IMG/VR virus record: IMGVR_UViG_3300020182_000100
Span: 1 to 34,724 of that record
From: a virus
Lineage: Duplodnaviria > Caudoviricetes
Direction: 5' to 3' (one strand)
Length of the DNA stretch: 34,724 bases
Part shown: in pieces, positions 33,776-34,724 of the stretch
Layout of the letters: every line of letters starts with the position of its first letter
How positions within the stretch are numbered: the stretch's first letter is position 1
Notes under the pieces: model-generated
Databases searched by the model: none
The model's input: the letters and a program-made list of their open reading frames with translations, nothing else
Told to the model about the DNA's origin: nothing
Position numbers and translations under genes: made by a program

Positions 33776-34260
33776 TACTCACGCTCCTTACTATCTTTGT
33801 TTAACTGGTTGCGCGCTTTGGTCGATAAGCCCCCGTCGCGCATAGAGACATGATAGTTCATCCACTCTCGACCAACCTTGAAGCCCATATGCAGCGAAGC
33901 TTGCCCTAGCGCGGCACCTTCCCCCATTGAGGAAGTCCACACGCCTTTTAGGTATGTTAGGTCGTCGGGTTTAGGTGACTTCTTCTGACGGCGCAGATTA
34001 GACGGCCTGAGAGGTGACGGGCTAACCTCAAGAGACATGCTTGCTGCCTCTATCTTGCGAGCGATACGCACAGAGCCTTGGCCGTGTCCCAGTTTAGATT
34101 TAGCCGTCACAATAATTGTGTCACCACGTCGACCATCGCCTTCATCAAGAATGGCGCTCAAGGCTAAACGCTTGGTCGCTGGCGTGTCGATCCGCACCCT
34201 CTCTGCATTCATGTGATCCGCGTCCTTTTCGTCTTGGTCGTACAGATATGCAATTCTCAT
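33775..34260 (-). CDS. Resolvase-like protein lacking the catalytic serine motif
   Basis: MRIAYLYD replaces IGYARVS; KRLALSAIL..RRGDTIIVTAKSKLGH corresponds to RP.L..LL..LR.GDTLVV.KLDRLGR. Start at 34260 (GAGGG RBS). Confidence 0.6.
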   Translation of the reverse strand: MRIAYLYDQDEKDADHMNAERVRIDTPATKRLALSAILDEGDGRRGDTIIVTAKSKLGHGQGSVRIARKIEAASMSLEVSPSPLRPSNLRRQKKSPKPDDLTYLKGVWTSSMGEGAALGQASLHMGFKVGREWMNYHVSMRDGGLSTKARNQLNKDSKERE

Positions 34261-34283
34261 TGTCACCCTCGTTCTACATTTAA

Positions 34284-34312
34284 ACATTACTTTATTTAAA
34301 AAAGTTGCGCAA
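34284..34312 (-). promoter_or_regulatory. Leftward sigma70-type promoter
   Basis: TTGCGC (34312-34307), 17-nt spacer, TAATGT (34289-34284). Confidence 0.55.
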
Positions 34313-34317
34313 GGCTA

Positions 34318-34346
34318 TTGCATAATTTATTTAAACAATCTAACGT
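34318..34346 (+). promoter_or_regulatory. Rightward sigma70-type promoter
   Basis: TTGCAT (34318-34323), 17-nt spacer, TAACGT (34341-34346), in an AT-rich intergenic region. Confidence 0.55.
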
Positions 34347-34391
34347 ATAAATACAACACGAAATTAAACGAGAACTGAAAGGACACTTGAT

Positions 34392-34583
34392 ATGCTTGAA
34401 GCCGCTGGAATAGCTTTTATCGCAATGTCGGTTGCCGTGGTTACATTCTACGGATTGATCCGGCTCATGGATTATTTGCGATGGTGGAACGAAGCTGGAT
34501 TGGCTGCATTTATTCCAATGCTTGCAGTTGCAATTCCATCAGCACTAGTCGCGGCAGCAATTGCTGTTTGGCTCATTAGATAA
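34392..34583 (+). CDS. Small membrane protein with two TM helices
   Basis: 63 aa with two hydrophobic stretches; AAAGGA RBS. Confidence 0.6.
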   Translation: MLEAAGIAFIAMSVAVVTFYGLIRLMDYLRWWNEAGLAAFIPMLAVAIPSALVAAAIAVWLIR

Positions 34584-34600
34584 AAAGGACCCGTTGCCAC

Positions 34601-34724
34601 ATGACCTATGAAGACGCAAAGATGTATTGCCATGTTAGATCCGCGATATTCCGCACATCAAACCCTTCCGTAAAGTATTGGAAAAACCATTCAGTTAGCC
34701 TTGATGATCGCGTACCAGATGATC
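34601..34724 (+). CDS. Hypothetical protein, truncated by the window end
   Basis: ATG 34601 after AAGGA; open to the end of the window (MTYEDAKMYCHVRSAIF...). Confidence 0.45.
   Translation, partial: MTYEDAKMYCHVRSAIFRTSNPSVKYWKNHSVSLDDRVPDD

Overview
A 34.7-kb segment of a tailed dsDNA bacteriophage genome with podovirus-like organisation. The host is possibly a marine alphaproteobacterium (inference only). The + strand arm (1-24061) holds late genes: a lysis cassette (TM protein, T7-type amidase with a C-terminal membrane anchor, overlapping i-/o-spanins), a tail stabilisation protein and a C1q-like tail protein. These are followed by an acyl carrier protein, a beta-ketoacyl-ACP synthase and a putative GNAT-fold gene, tightly linked to about 18 kb of predicted DNA-ejection/internal virion genes. 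The ejection set includes a 2472-aa repeat protein and a 2371-aa polyvalent protein with ADP-ribosyltransferase and HExxH peptidase domains. The - strand arm (24144-34260) holds replication genes: AEP primase-helicase, SSB, HTH, SNF2 helicase, HNH, Cas4/RecB-like nuclease, family A DNA polymerase, DUF3310, HTH and a catalytically degenerate resolvase-like protein next to divergent promoters. No capsid, portal, terminase or integrase gene is in the window. Best candidate for a new system: a phage-encoded ACP/KS/acyltransferase module that may lipidate an ejection protein. Second candidate: a CU-rich 3'-UTR RNA complementary to the ribosome-binding sites of the phage's own replication genes. All family assignments come from motif recognition by eye; no searches were run.
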